Assembly (NCBI RefSeq): GCF_001949145.1
Contig: NW_019091357.1
Span: 1,452,746 to 1,516,745, forward strand
Direction of reading: 5' to 3'
DNA from: Acanthaster planci
Taxonomy: Eukaryota
DNA: 64,000 nucleotides
Shown here: positions 24,572-45,276 of the stretch, in pieces
Layout: each line of letters opens with the position of its first letter
Numbering within the stretch: the stretch's first letter is position 1
Notes under the pieces: model-generated
The model's database searches: none
Told to the model about the DNA's origin: nothing
What the model saw: only the letters and a program-made list of their open reading frames with translations
Program-made: the position numbers and the translations under genes

Positions 24572-26439
24572 GCGAGAACAAGAAACCTGTGTCAAGAATA
24601 GGCCGCGTGAACTCGGCTGAAGAGGCAAGGTCAAGCAGCGGTCGAGGGGGGGGCTACAATCACAATAATTTTACTTTTAAAATGATATTAATTTTTTACT
24701 GTCTTATTTCCAAATTCTCCTTACTGTGTACCATTCTGGCTGCGATTCCATCTTATTAACACCGTCCTTAGACAAAAAAAGCTCATCCATCTTTTGATAT
24801 CTTTCAAGTTTTCCCGGACCAACTTCTTATTAAGATAGCGTTACCTAGCAACCACTTATCGTCTCATCTTGGTCTGACAGTCTCTATATAATTGACAGCC
24901 CCCGAACCAGCTATTTAATAGAATCAAAACACTTGGCACTGGCGCGGTCTTCAGGCCAGCGGATCCAGGGGGGTGGCCGAGAAATTTGATTCGTACCGGT
25001 AAAGTTGTCGCCGTTAGTGAAACCATAATCTCTGTTTTGTCCTTTACCGTGCAAGCAAAATAAGATCCCTACACGATTAGCTACACCGTCTTCCACTAGA
25101 CAAAGCCCCCCCCCAAGAAAAAGATCCGAGCAATGAAATCCCCCCCCCCCCCGACAGTAATGAAATAACCACGTCAACAACCCGTCCACCAAAACATATG
25201 AGTATGAATGTTCGAAATATGTTACGAATTGTTTGTCATCGCAGACTGTTTGGACATCAGCCCTTGATGAATGGTGCAACGAACCAGAACAAACATGGCG
25301 GGGTACACACTCGGCAACGACTACGGAAATTAGACGTTTGACGAACGTACAATGCCCTCGCGTCAACAAATGATACAAGTTCCACCAAGATGACTGTCTG
25401 TATTTGAAGCTTCGACCAAGCTGATTGCAACTATTTTTAATGCGGGTGCATTAGGCTTTACATCAAAGATGATTAAGCCTGTGGCGCAAAGCAAATTGGT
25501 TTATTCAGAAAGGCAAAAAATCAAAACATCATCTGGGATTACCTGCTAATTAACTAAAGCTTAATCAACTAAAGATGTAATACTGACCGACACAAAGGGA
25601 ATTTAAATAACCCTCTGCTCTGTAGCCGTCTCTCAGTCGTGCGTTATGCATTAGCATGGGGTTAAAGGTTGCCGCCTTCCGCTTATTGCCCGGAAATATT
25701 TCCCCACCATGCACTCAAAGTTCTCACTCAAAGAGCAACGCTTGGATTGTCATTGCTAATTGAATTAATAAGAATGCCTTAGAAGGTGCAGTCCACCAAT
25801 TCAAGCCCCATTAAAAACAGTGTAAAAATCGGCATTGTTCAGGGCCAAAATAACATGCTTACCAACATCCCTGGCCTGAGGTTTCTGGAACACATATTCA
25901 ATTATTGTCTGGTCCCTGATTTTCCGATTACTTTCAATTTAGTATGGGTTAACCAATTACATTTTTAATTATTCTAAACAAAACCACCACCCCCGAAATG
26001 GGATTTCTCCGAAGTCTGCTTGCAGCCATTTTTTCAAGTGGCAACCCTTAACTTAGGCCCACATTTAAACCGCACGTTTTAGCCATCCTGTTCTCCGATG
26101 GAAGGCCAAGAACCAGGGAGTCGATCCTGGCAAAGCTTTACACAGTCTCACCGTTTGGGGTACCATAAAGCTCCGTTTTCAAAAGATACTGCGGGACGCA
26201 CTTTTAATGCTAATGAGCTGGCCAGAAATTCTCACTTGAGTTTGTGGACTGCATGGCCATACCTTAAGTTTAACGTGTCTTCCATCAACGCGGCATCTGG
26301 ATGGGTGCAAGCGCGCCCTCTCGCCTTCTTATATCGCAATGCATTATCTTTAGCTGGTACCCGGTATTTCCAGGAATCTATACGCTGTCGAACGAAGACA
26401 ACAAAACAGCTGTGCGAACCAGTGAAAAAAAAGTAACTC

Positions 26440-26641
26440 GGAACGCGGAAGTTGCAGCGCGAGGAGTAGGAGACAGTAGCCGGAAAGTGGAAGTGAAGTT
26501 TTCTTAAAGAGATTGAGCGGTTTTGTTTTGACATTTCTTGGTTCATTTTCCGCAAAAACTTGGTTCCAGAGGTGGAACGAATCTGGGATACATGTAACAG
26601 GGCTGTTGTCAGTGGGAACAACTGGGTCGAACTCCCCACAG
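26440..26641 (+). promoter_or_regulatory. Probable promoter and 5' UTR exon of the Src-family kinase gene
   Basis: CpG-rich stretch with ETS-like GGAAGT motifs (26446-26498) and a donor CAG|GTTAGT at 26641/26642. The first coding exon has an acceptor at 30549-30550, 7 nt before the ATG, so an upstream exon is required. Confidence 0.55.
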
Positions 26642-27521
26642 GTTAGTTACGAACCACGGGGCACAAACACGACGAATCATTCATGAACATGATGAACGGA
26701 TGACCATGAAGATGACGCGATATAGCATGCATTGTCATGATGGTGTATGAGAAATGCCTTTGTCGTGTATGCCGATGTTTTTATTTTAAGATGTCTTCTA
26801 TCTTAAGAAGGCTTTAAATTTGCATTCAAATGATAGGTTTCCACCTCCATCATGTCATAGGCGATTAGAACGACTTGAACGAAAGTTAGGCCTATTATGT
26901 AGCCTAGACCTACTTCCTGAACAGTAAGGCACTATGTACGCGTAGGCTTTACTGATTCCTGATGTTTGATGGTTCCATACGCAACAGCATTTGAAAGGGG
27001 TTCATTACATTTAGCACCCTGTTCCTATTATAAGTGTGATAAGGGAACAAATTCTACATCTGCATTAGTGTGGTTCCCTGATCATAGATTTCCCTGATGT
27101 CTCTTTAATTAATAATTTTAACAAGAGTAGTTGGAATTATTGGGTCTGGTATCCAAAGCAACATAAACACTTGTTACGCTGTGCCTATTTTTGTCACGTG
27201 ACGTACGGCCACAGAATGCGAGGCACGTATGATACACGGATCGTCGAGGGTAGGAAAAAGCTCATTTTTTGTAATAATGTCGGTTACCCTTGAGAACATG
27301 CACACATGCCCAGTACTTTTATGTAGGTTACCTACTATTATGGGCTTTTTAGGGGAAGATGTGATCAAAAAAAGTAAATGGTGGTTTTCTCCGTCTCGTA
27401 TGGAACCAACAAATGCCAGGGATCAGCAAGGCCTACAGAGTAGTGCCTTACTGTTCAGGACGTAGTCTAGGTTACCGGTATATTGATAGAGAGGCCTATG
27501 CATAGAATAGCCTAGGTTAAA

Positions 27522-27768
27522 TGTGGCCCACTCTGTGAAAATGAGTCTTAAGTTGCCAGAGCCACTTTGGAGTTTTCATTTGTATTGGAAAGAGCAAATT
27601 GAGTTTTTGTTTTATCACTCAGTTTGGCATCCTGATGAAAGTGGATACTCCATGGTGAAAAAAGCTGTGGGTTCCTATCGGTTTTCACTGCGCAAAATTA
27701 TTCTAAAGGACTTTTTACTCCAAAGTGGCTCTGGCGACTTAAGACTCATTTTCACAGACTGGGTCACA
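27522..27768. mobile_element. MITE with ~50-bp terminal inverted repeats in kinase intron 1
   Basis: Left arm TGTGGCCCACTCTGTGAAAATGAGTCTTAAGTTGCCAGAGCCACTTTGGAGT is the near-perfect reverse complement of right arm ACTCCAAAGTGGCTCTGGCGACTTAAGACTCATTTTCACAGACTGGGTCACA. Confidence 0.8.
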
Positions 27769-30557
27769 AATACTTGTGACCTTTTAGGCATCTTCACCTG
27801 TTCACTCGGTTTATGCATACATGTACATGCACACAGTGAAATACATGTACATGTAACAAATAGTTTCAAATATCCGTATCCACGTACAATGTGGAGCTGG
27901 CATGACTGGAATTTGTGGGAAAGGGAGTGAACCAAAATTTCCCCAATCCTGGGGAGGCTCTCAGCACCCTTCCCCCCCCCCCCCGGTTGTAATGATGGAT
28001 TTGAACTGATAATGAAAATGTGCAAAGTAATTAATGATAATGCATGTGACAATCACATGTTTCAGTTTTCTTCTTTAATGCAACTTTATCTAATCAAACA
28101 TGTACCACAGGTAAGATGAACAAATGAAATCAAGGTACAGTGTACATGTAAGGATATTTCGGTCTTTGTCTGGAATTGGCATTTCTGTGAACGTTGCCAT
28201 GTCATTTTGTGGGATGAATAAATATTTTTGGCAAGTTTTACTGCGGATTCGAAGTTTTTAAAGTCAATTAAAGTCCGTAGAATTCAAAAATCACATTTTC
28301 ATTCATGGTAAAAACACCTTTTTGGTACTAATTAAGGTAAAAACGATGGTCACACAAAGATTTAAGAAATAGCATATCGGGAATAGCGCCACCAACGTCT
28401 GGGTCCATGAACCTAGCTATTATGATTCAGACTTGAGATTTTATCAAAGACCAAACTCCAATGATGCTGATGTTTCTCATATTGTATCCAATTCGAAAGA
28501 GCCAAGTCTAATAAAAAGTGGCACATCAGTTTCTTCCTGGCAGTACACATCTTTTTGTTAATAAAACACAGTTTTTTGTACCCATTTTTCCTGCTAGTCC
28601 AGTCGGGTATTGTAAAAATGGACGTGTCATCAGGACTCATTAGCATCTAATGAATATTGATTTCTGTGATGTATTACCGTGGGGAGGAAATACCACAGTG
28701 CGTGTGCTTTAGGCATGCAAAGCACACTTAGCTGCTGACGACAGCACGAACTTGTCGTAAAATGTTTAAATCCACCAATGACGCACGATTTCGGCATTAT
28801 TGTAAATCATGAAGAAAGGCGCACAACCTACATGTACTAGACGGAAAAGAGATAATGCAAATGCGGCACAGTAGACCCGGCACACAGAACGATCCCCGGT
28901 ACACGGTACACACACATGTACATGTATGAAGCTCCATGTTCACGTGTACATGTACATTTGTAGCGGAACCAGTTGTGCCATGGATACCAGTTTCAGTGTT
29001 TTCTCCAGTATTATATCATACAAATTTTGTTTCTCCACAGCACCGTTAATGGTCGGATTGTGGAAATTTTTCATAAAACTCAAAGGCAACGTTCAAAAGT
29101 TTCGGCAAAATTACAAAAAGTACAGATGAGATGAAATACAGACATGATTTGGTAATGAATGTGTAATTTATTACACATGAAACACAATCATAGTTTATTT
29201 TAAAAACTTTTAAAACCATTGGAGTTGCTCCTTTAAAGCTTTTTCAAAATTTGTGGCTGCACCTTCGAATTTCAATTTTTTTCCTCACTCCAAAAGTCCC
29301 AGTATGACCAAGTTGCTAGTAGTACATTTACATGTAGGCTTACATGTACATGCGCATACATACACCGTAGAAGCTATCTTCCTTTCAATATTTCAATATG
29401 TTTTAAATTTACATCAATTGGGCAAGATTTCTAAGTACGGACATCACTGATTTCCTCTTGCAGTGGTTTACAAGCCATCAGTACATGATAACGTCCCAGA
29501 AAGTCAAATTTAGCAAGGAAAGTATCGAAGCATTTACTTAGAAAACAATCTAGAATTTTTCAGGCCAGTCCCATAGGTATGTGCACAGGGTGTCAATTGA
29601 TGTCCATGTATGGAAATCTTTCCATGAATTGAATTACCGGTAACTGCAGGATATTTTGCACTTTTCTGTTTGTTATCTGTAATTGTGAACATGTAATTAG
29701 TCACAAGCTTTCGTGGTGGAAAAATGATAGCCTACCGGTACATTATACAATTTAAAGTCATTGTTAGTCCTGAACATATCAAAGCACTCACTGTACTGTG
29801 TATGTTCAGTTGCTGTGCTGGCCATAAAGAGAAAGTAAGTCGGCTCCGGTTTAGGGTCAGATATCCACTGCTAATAAAGCAAAGAAAGAAGTTTTTATGT
29901 CTAGACATGCTGAGCATGCTGCAAGAATATTACCTATAACTTCTCCAACTTCACATTGGTATACATGTGTAGACAGACGCTGTGCTGAAGTTTATGGAGG
30001 AATCTGCATGATTGTGCCTCTCATACTAATGATCTGCCAATCCTAACATACCATCAGTTATTCACCCTTTTTAGTTTCAGAGCTGTTGAAAACTGTTTTG
30101 AAAAGGGGATATAAAGCTGGACATTTCATCCGTGATTGTGTTTTAGCACACACCCACAGAGCACACCTGTCATCTACAAATCTTTCTTTAACGTGAACTA
30201 CATGTAGTAAGAAGGGAAAGTCATTTTGTTGGAGAGAACTTCATACATGTACAAGGATGGCTCTAATTTTTCCCTACAGATACTTATTAGCCATCTGAAA
30301 GTAATAATGATCTAAAAATCAAATTTAGCAGGGAAAATATTGAGGTACACGTATTCATGTAGAAAACATAAGTTTCACTTGTAAAACCAGTCGCATAGGA
30401 TTTGTACATACATGTACATGTATATGGTGTCAAGTGGCGTCCATATGGAACTCTTCCATTTTGTTGTGTTTGTACAATGATCTCTTTGTTTTCCGCTTTA
30501 CCTGCATTCAGTCCTGTGAGTTTTGTATCTACATCTACGTATGCATACAGATTAACA

Positions 30558-39309
<8,752 letters not shown>

Positions 39310-41950
39310 AGGTTGGCCGGTCATAGTCTTTCCGGTTTTCATGACTGTGCACACAGATGGCCTGTGTTAAAGGTGCCTTTATTTATTGATCTCAAGCCAA
39401 ACATTTAAGACTGGCACTTGTCGGCTAATGGAATCTGCGTTGCTTCTGGTTAGGTAGAGTGGTACTTTGATGTTGCGAGTGCCACTGTTTTTAACATTGG
39501 CTGCTTTGAAACAAGATGAAAAATGTCAAGATCAAGTTTACAGTGACTTCCTAATTGTTACTTGGCAATGAAACAAAAGTTTAAACTGACTACACAGTGT
39601 AACCACGATGTATGATCAGGTTTGTAATTGAACGGAATTGGTAGATTAGCTTCAGCACTGACAGTGAGTTTCCAGTACAGCCAATCACTGTGTAAGTCTC
39701 CACTACTGTAAGATATATAAACTTGCCTGCTTTTGAGAATGGGGAGGTGGCTCTTAAAACACAGGTTGTGGGCAGTCTGGTCTCAATGGGACTGTAGCAT
39801 ATGGCTTTCCTAAAAGCAGAAATGTCACGAGCCAGCCAATCTTGGTCTAGGAAACTTACTCTAGGGTTTTGCAAGATGGCAGCTGATGGCTGGCGATACA
39901 TGTAACAGAATTTAGCAGCAAATGACAGAATTATTAGCTTCCCACAAACTGCACTCTCAATTGGCCAAAATTAAGACAGATAACTGGAGAAGCGATAAAC
40001 TTTGATGGAAACGTGCTGTTTTTCGAGGAGATATCAAAATGAGCGGCTGCTTGAAAAATGTATTCCAGGTACAGTCCTGGTGGACATGAACTTATGTACT
40101 GTAAATGCATTAACAAGTTTTCAAAAACCAACAAAGCTTTGTTCAAACCAGTGTACAGTGAATATAGGTCACTTTTGTACAGACAAACAGCTTTAAAGTT
40201 TGCAACTTGGGGACAAATACAGTGAATACTGTGCATTTTTGGTGGATTGGTTGCTATCAATTTGTGCATGTTGATGCAGTGATAATCTGCTCCAAGCGGA
40301 ACAAAAGAGGGTGTTTTTTTTTGGCACTTACCACATAGACGCGCCGTGAACCGTTCAAGTATATATGCGCGTTTGACGCGGAGCACACTGAGTACGCGTA
40401 ACTAATTTACTCCGGCATGTATGGTCGTTGCGTACAGAACGTGTACAAGAACCCACTTGTAAACACCTGTCTTTCTTTTTGCCGATTGGGGGTGCACTTC
40501 AGCCCGGGGCCGATCATGAGCTAGACTTTAAACAAAAGTCCAACCTGGGGCTTGACAACTCGTTGAAGGATGAAACAATTAATATTTGAAGCTCCTCAAG
40601 TCTTGGAAGTAATTTGTGGACTTGACGATGACAAAAAGTACTTTTCTGCTTCTTGTTGATGAAGGGTGAGGTCAGAACTCACCGACCTTCCATTTTCGCT
40701 TGAAGACAATTTTTAGTAGCAGAGGTTTTCCTGTTGGAAAATGCCAAGTTATTCCAGAAATAAGATGAGTAATAGAAATAATGTTATTCACACTAAAATG
40801 CTCCACTATGCTTTTGCCGACATATTTTGATCTTACTGTTTCATCTGTCATTTTATATATCAGATATTTGTTTTATATTCAGTGAAAAATATCATGTATA
40901 TTTATAATAATTAATTGAAATTGATGAATCTTTCAAGACTGTACTTGTAGATCAAGAGCATTTTTTTTTTAAATTGTGATCTGTCATTGGCAAACGGACA
41001 AATGCTACAGTTGGAATGTGTATATTGGCCGATGATCTGAAGCACAGCTCACTGGTGGCTATGTCCAAGATTGGTTTTTTTTTTGGATCATGTAACAACT
41101 TGCATTTTTCCTGCTACGGAACTCTGTATAATGAAACCCTGAGTAAATATAAAAGATATGTACATGTATATGAATTGTAAATAGAACTACTGTAAAATGG
41201 TGTATTTGATTACTTGATTTGCGAGGTACATACAATGTATAGGAGTATTATTCAGACCGTTACTTTTTGGTATATAATGGTACATCTGAGCATGTATTTA
41301 TTGCTTTTCTTGGTGAAATGAACATTTGTTCATTTTTTTGTTATCCTTTCTAGTTGTCATCCTTCAAAAGTACTCTAAATATTTTCCAGGAATTGTTCAG
41401 TACTTTTTCATGATGTACTATTAACTTTGTGCATGTACGCAGGATACCCGACAGCTGTGGAATATTTTTCAGAGAGCATTTTGGACTGGACTGCCGTTCA
41501 AGTTTTGTGGTTGATTAGTTTGGTGAGAAAAGGACTGGGGAAAAAAATGTCATATATTTCTTGGATAAGAATGAAAACTGAACATTGCAAATTTTGTTTT
41601 CTTTCAATCGTATGCATAACCCTTGCAAGAAATTTTGAATATAGGTGTATCATCATTTATGGCAAGATCTTTGTAATGTGTATATACCACTTAAATTGAA
41701 CTTAGTTCAATACAGTGTACACAGACTTTGTATTTCTAATATTTATCGCCAAAGTTTGAGTCGTAAGAGAAATGGTCTTGCTCTGTTAAGCACCCAGTAG
41801 TATTAAAACTGTCTCGTGAAATTCTCTACTTCAGTTGAAGTGGTCCAGACCTGTCTACTTCTCGTGTTCTAGTCAACTGTTGGAGAATGCTGACAAATTT
41901 TCTAAGTATGAATCTAATCTTTATATATAAGAAACGAACATCTGTAGTTG

Positions 41951-42050
41951 GGGGACCCAAGTGGCTCAACAGGTTAGCTTGCTGCCTGGTGGAACCACCC
42001 TGGTGGGACGAGAACCCTCCAGAAGCAGGTTCAATCCCCAGCAGGGTAAC
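41951..42050 (+). mobile_element. tRNA-related SINE head / Pol III promoter element
   Basis: A-box-like TGGCTCAACAGG (41962-41973) and B-box-like GGTTCAATCCC (~42028-42038), with wider spacing than a tRNA and no cloverleaf. Confidence 0.5.
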
Positions 42051-42139
42051 AAGCTAGCTAAACAAGCTAGCGTGAAAAAGAGTTTTGCTTTTAATTTTTT
42101 TTATTTAAGACTGATTAAAAGAAAAGCCCCTACTTCACT

Positions 42140-43603
42140 GGGATTTGAACTCAGGACCTCTCAGTCCAGAGTTCAGAGTCCTAACCACTGGACCACTTGA
42201 TTTTCTTAGTAACATATGCTCGGACCATATATTTATCTTTANNNNNNNNNNNNNNNNNNNNNNNNNNNNNNNNNNNNNNNNNNNNNNNNNNNNNNNNNNN
42301 NNNNNNNNNNNNNNNNNNNNNNNNNNNNNNNNNNNNNNNNNNNNNNNNNNNNNNNNNNNNNNNNNNNNNNNNNNNNNNNNNNNNNNNNNNNNNNNNNNNN
42401 NNNNNNNNNNNNNNNNNNNNNNNNNNNNNNNNNNNNNNNNNNNNNNNNNNNNNNNNNNNNNNNNNNNNNNNNNNNNNNNNNNNNNNNNNNNNNNNNNNNN
42501 NNNNNNNNNNNNNNNNNNNNNNNNNNNNNNNNNNNNNNNNNNNNNNNNNNNNNNNNNNNNNNNNNNNNNNNNNNNNNNNNNNNNNNNNNNNNNNNNNNNN
42601 NNNNNNNNNNNNNNNNNNNNNNNNNNNNNNNNNNNNNNNNNNNNNNNNNNNNNNNNNNNNNNNNNNNNNNNNNNNNNNNNNNNNNNNNNNNNNNNNNNNN
42701 NNNNNNNNNNNNNNNNNNNNNNNNNNNNNNNNNNNNNNNNNNNNNNNNNNNNNNNNNNNNNNNNNNNNNNNNNNNNNNNNNNNNNNNNNNNNNNNNNNNN
42801 NNNNNNNNNNNNNNNNNNNNNNNNNNNNNNNNNNNNNNNNNNNNNNNNNNNNNNNNNNNNNNNNNNNNNNNNNNNNNNNNNNNNNNNNNNNNNNNNNNNN
42901 NNNNNNNNNNNNNNNNNNNNNNNNNNNNNNNNNNNNNNNNNNNNNNNNNNNNNNNNNNNNNNNNNNNNNNNNNNNNNNNNNNNNNNNNNNNNNNNNNNNN
43001 NNNNNNNNNNNNNNNNNNNNNNNNNNNNNNNNNNNNNNNNNNNNNNNNNNNNNNNNNNNNNNNNNNNNNNNNNNNNNNNNNNNNNNNNNNNNNNNNNNNN
43101 NNNNNNNNNNNNNNNNNNNNNNNNNNNNNNTCCAGAGTTCAGAGTCCTAACCACAGGACCACTTGATTTTCTTAGTAACATATGCTCGGACCATATACTT
43201 ATCTTACAGATTGAAAGGTATGGATCTTAAAAATTGTATGAAAAAGGAACAGTTGGGATTTGAACCCAGGACCTCTCAGTCCAGAGTTCAGAGTCCTAAC
43301 CATTGGACCACTTGATTTTCTTAGTTACATATGCTCTGACCATATACTTATCTTACAGATTGAAAGGTATGGATCTTAAAAATGTTATGAAAAAGGAACT
43401 GTTGGGATTTGAACCCAGGACCTCTTAGTCCAGAGTTCAGAGTCCTAACCACTGGACCACTTGATTTTCTTAGTAACATATGCTCGGACCATATACTTAT
43501 CTTACAGATTGAAAAGTATGGATCTTAAAAATTGTATGAAGAAGGAACTGGTTGGGATTTGACCCCAGGACCTCTCAGTCCAGAGGCCTAACCACTGGAC
43601 CAC
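42140..43603 (-). repeat. Tandem array of ~149-150-bp units, each with a tRNA(Gln-CTG)-like pseudogene/SINE head; spans an assembly gap
   Basis: Near-identical units start at 42140, 43255, 43404 and 43554 (the last truncated), with another partial copy at 43131-43254. The minus strand reads GTGGTCCAGTGGTTAGGACTCTGAACTCTGGACTGAGAGGTCCTGGGTTCAAATCCC. Confidence 0.9.
42242..43130. other. Assembly gap (N run) inside the tandem array
   Basis: Run of Ns flanked on both sides by the same repeat unit. Confidence 1.
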
Positions 43604-45276
43604 TTTTATTCATGTTAGAAAAAGAGAGAAAAATTAGAGGTGCAGCAGTACAGTTCTTCGTGGATCAGTGTCCTGATGAAACACATCAGTAAAAACTGTT
43701 TTTATGAATTTGTATATACATGTATGTCGCATGTGTTTCAGATCAATTTGATGACCAATTGCATGTGAAAAAGCATGTGAAAATTTCAAATACTGCAGCA
43801 TTAAAATGCCTGTTTTTCCTGTTAAACCATAATGACCTATTCCTCATTAATGCCATTTATAACCCAATTTTGGTGATCCACCATGAGGCTATCTGTTGGA
43901 TGGTAACCGACTTTAATGTGTGGCAGCAGTCTGATACCTTTCTGACATCAGCTTAAGTTCCAATGTCAGCTGTTTCATATATTCGTCCATAAATATTGTT
44001 TCTTTTTAAAAACATTTCAAACAAAAAGGATATACTCAGCAGCCAACCCAAAACAGACCAATGCTTTTACCAAATGTTAAAAGTGAATTTAATTCATCAA
44101 TTTTGTGCCTTACATGTGCAAATCTTGTACCAGTCTACTGTTCTTGACATATCAATTATTGATCAGGAACATGAGTTTTGATAATTCAGTGAATAAAATT
44201 ATAGACTTCCAAACCCTTTGTTGCATACATTTATCTTCAATTTTATTCACTCTTGTAAATAATGTACACTACAGTCAGTCTTTTTTAAAAACAATCCTTT
44301 TTGATATGTAACAAGTATTCCTATTCTAAAACAAAACTTCCTATTTGAAATATACCAGTAAGTATTTACATGATGAGTTCGCAATTGCTATTGGACTTAA
44401 AAAGGAATGAGTATTTCATGGAGGAAAATGGCCTATACTCCCATAAAAAGAAAAAAAGAAAAAATTTCAGTGGAATTCAAAATCCCAAATGAACCATAAT
44501 ACATGTACATGTATATACACGTGTATCTACACTTTGCATTTCCATTTGAACAATGTCAATAAATTCCAGTCAACAGCGCCCTCGTGTGGCTTCCATACAG
44601 AGTGGAATTATCTCAGTGAGCTTTATTTACAAGGTGGCCATTTTGGATTGTGTTTCCCGAATCCACTCTGAACGCTGTCATACTGGGAAGGAGCAAGACT
44701 ACCTTGCTGTAATTACAGGTACAACCATACTTTGAAAAATAATTTTCACGATCAACCATGTCAATCTGCATGACAAAAAAAATGAACACAATTGAAACTC
44801 GGGGATCATTCAAGAAAAAGTTCTGAGTCACTTTGAAATTCGGCTGGTACCCAGTTCTTACTCTTTGGCGTTAGGAAGCATGGTCTTTTCTGCTCAGGGG
44901 CAAGATCTTCAAAATCTTCAATCTAAAGCAAAGTCCTGGTCGTTAAGCGGTTGTAAGTACCTAAGCACATGCCAGCAATAGACAGAGGTGTGGTTGTAGA
45001 AGTCCCTTTCACAAGTGAGGTTCTCTCCTATTCTGAAAAAATTTGTCACTGACGTATTGCCCTCATGGTTTAGCTATTAAAGCCAATTTTTCATCTGTTT
45101 TAACTGTCTGCATGCACTTTACTTTTGTAAAGTGACAAAAGCTGCAAGATTTGAATAAGTGCTAAAAGATGACAAATAAATAATTCAGAAACAAGTCACA
45201 CCCCAAAAATGCTGCAACATCAATTCAGCCTACCAACCGCATGGCTGTGGGAATGAAACTAAAGTTGGAGTCTTGT

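Noticed and set aside
23467..24759. Long ORFs of 346-430 aa (and the similar ones at 42135-43230)
   Set aside because: They are artefacts of translating through N gaps.
42140..43603. CRISPR-like array or functional tRNA gene cluster
   Set aside because: The whole unit repeats with no unique spacers and there are no cas genes. The acceptor and anticodon stems do not pair well enough for a canonical tRNA.
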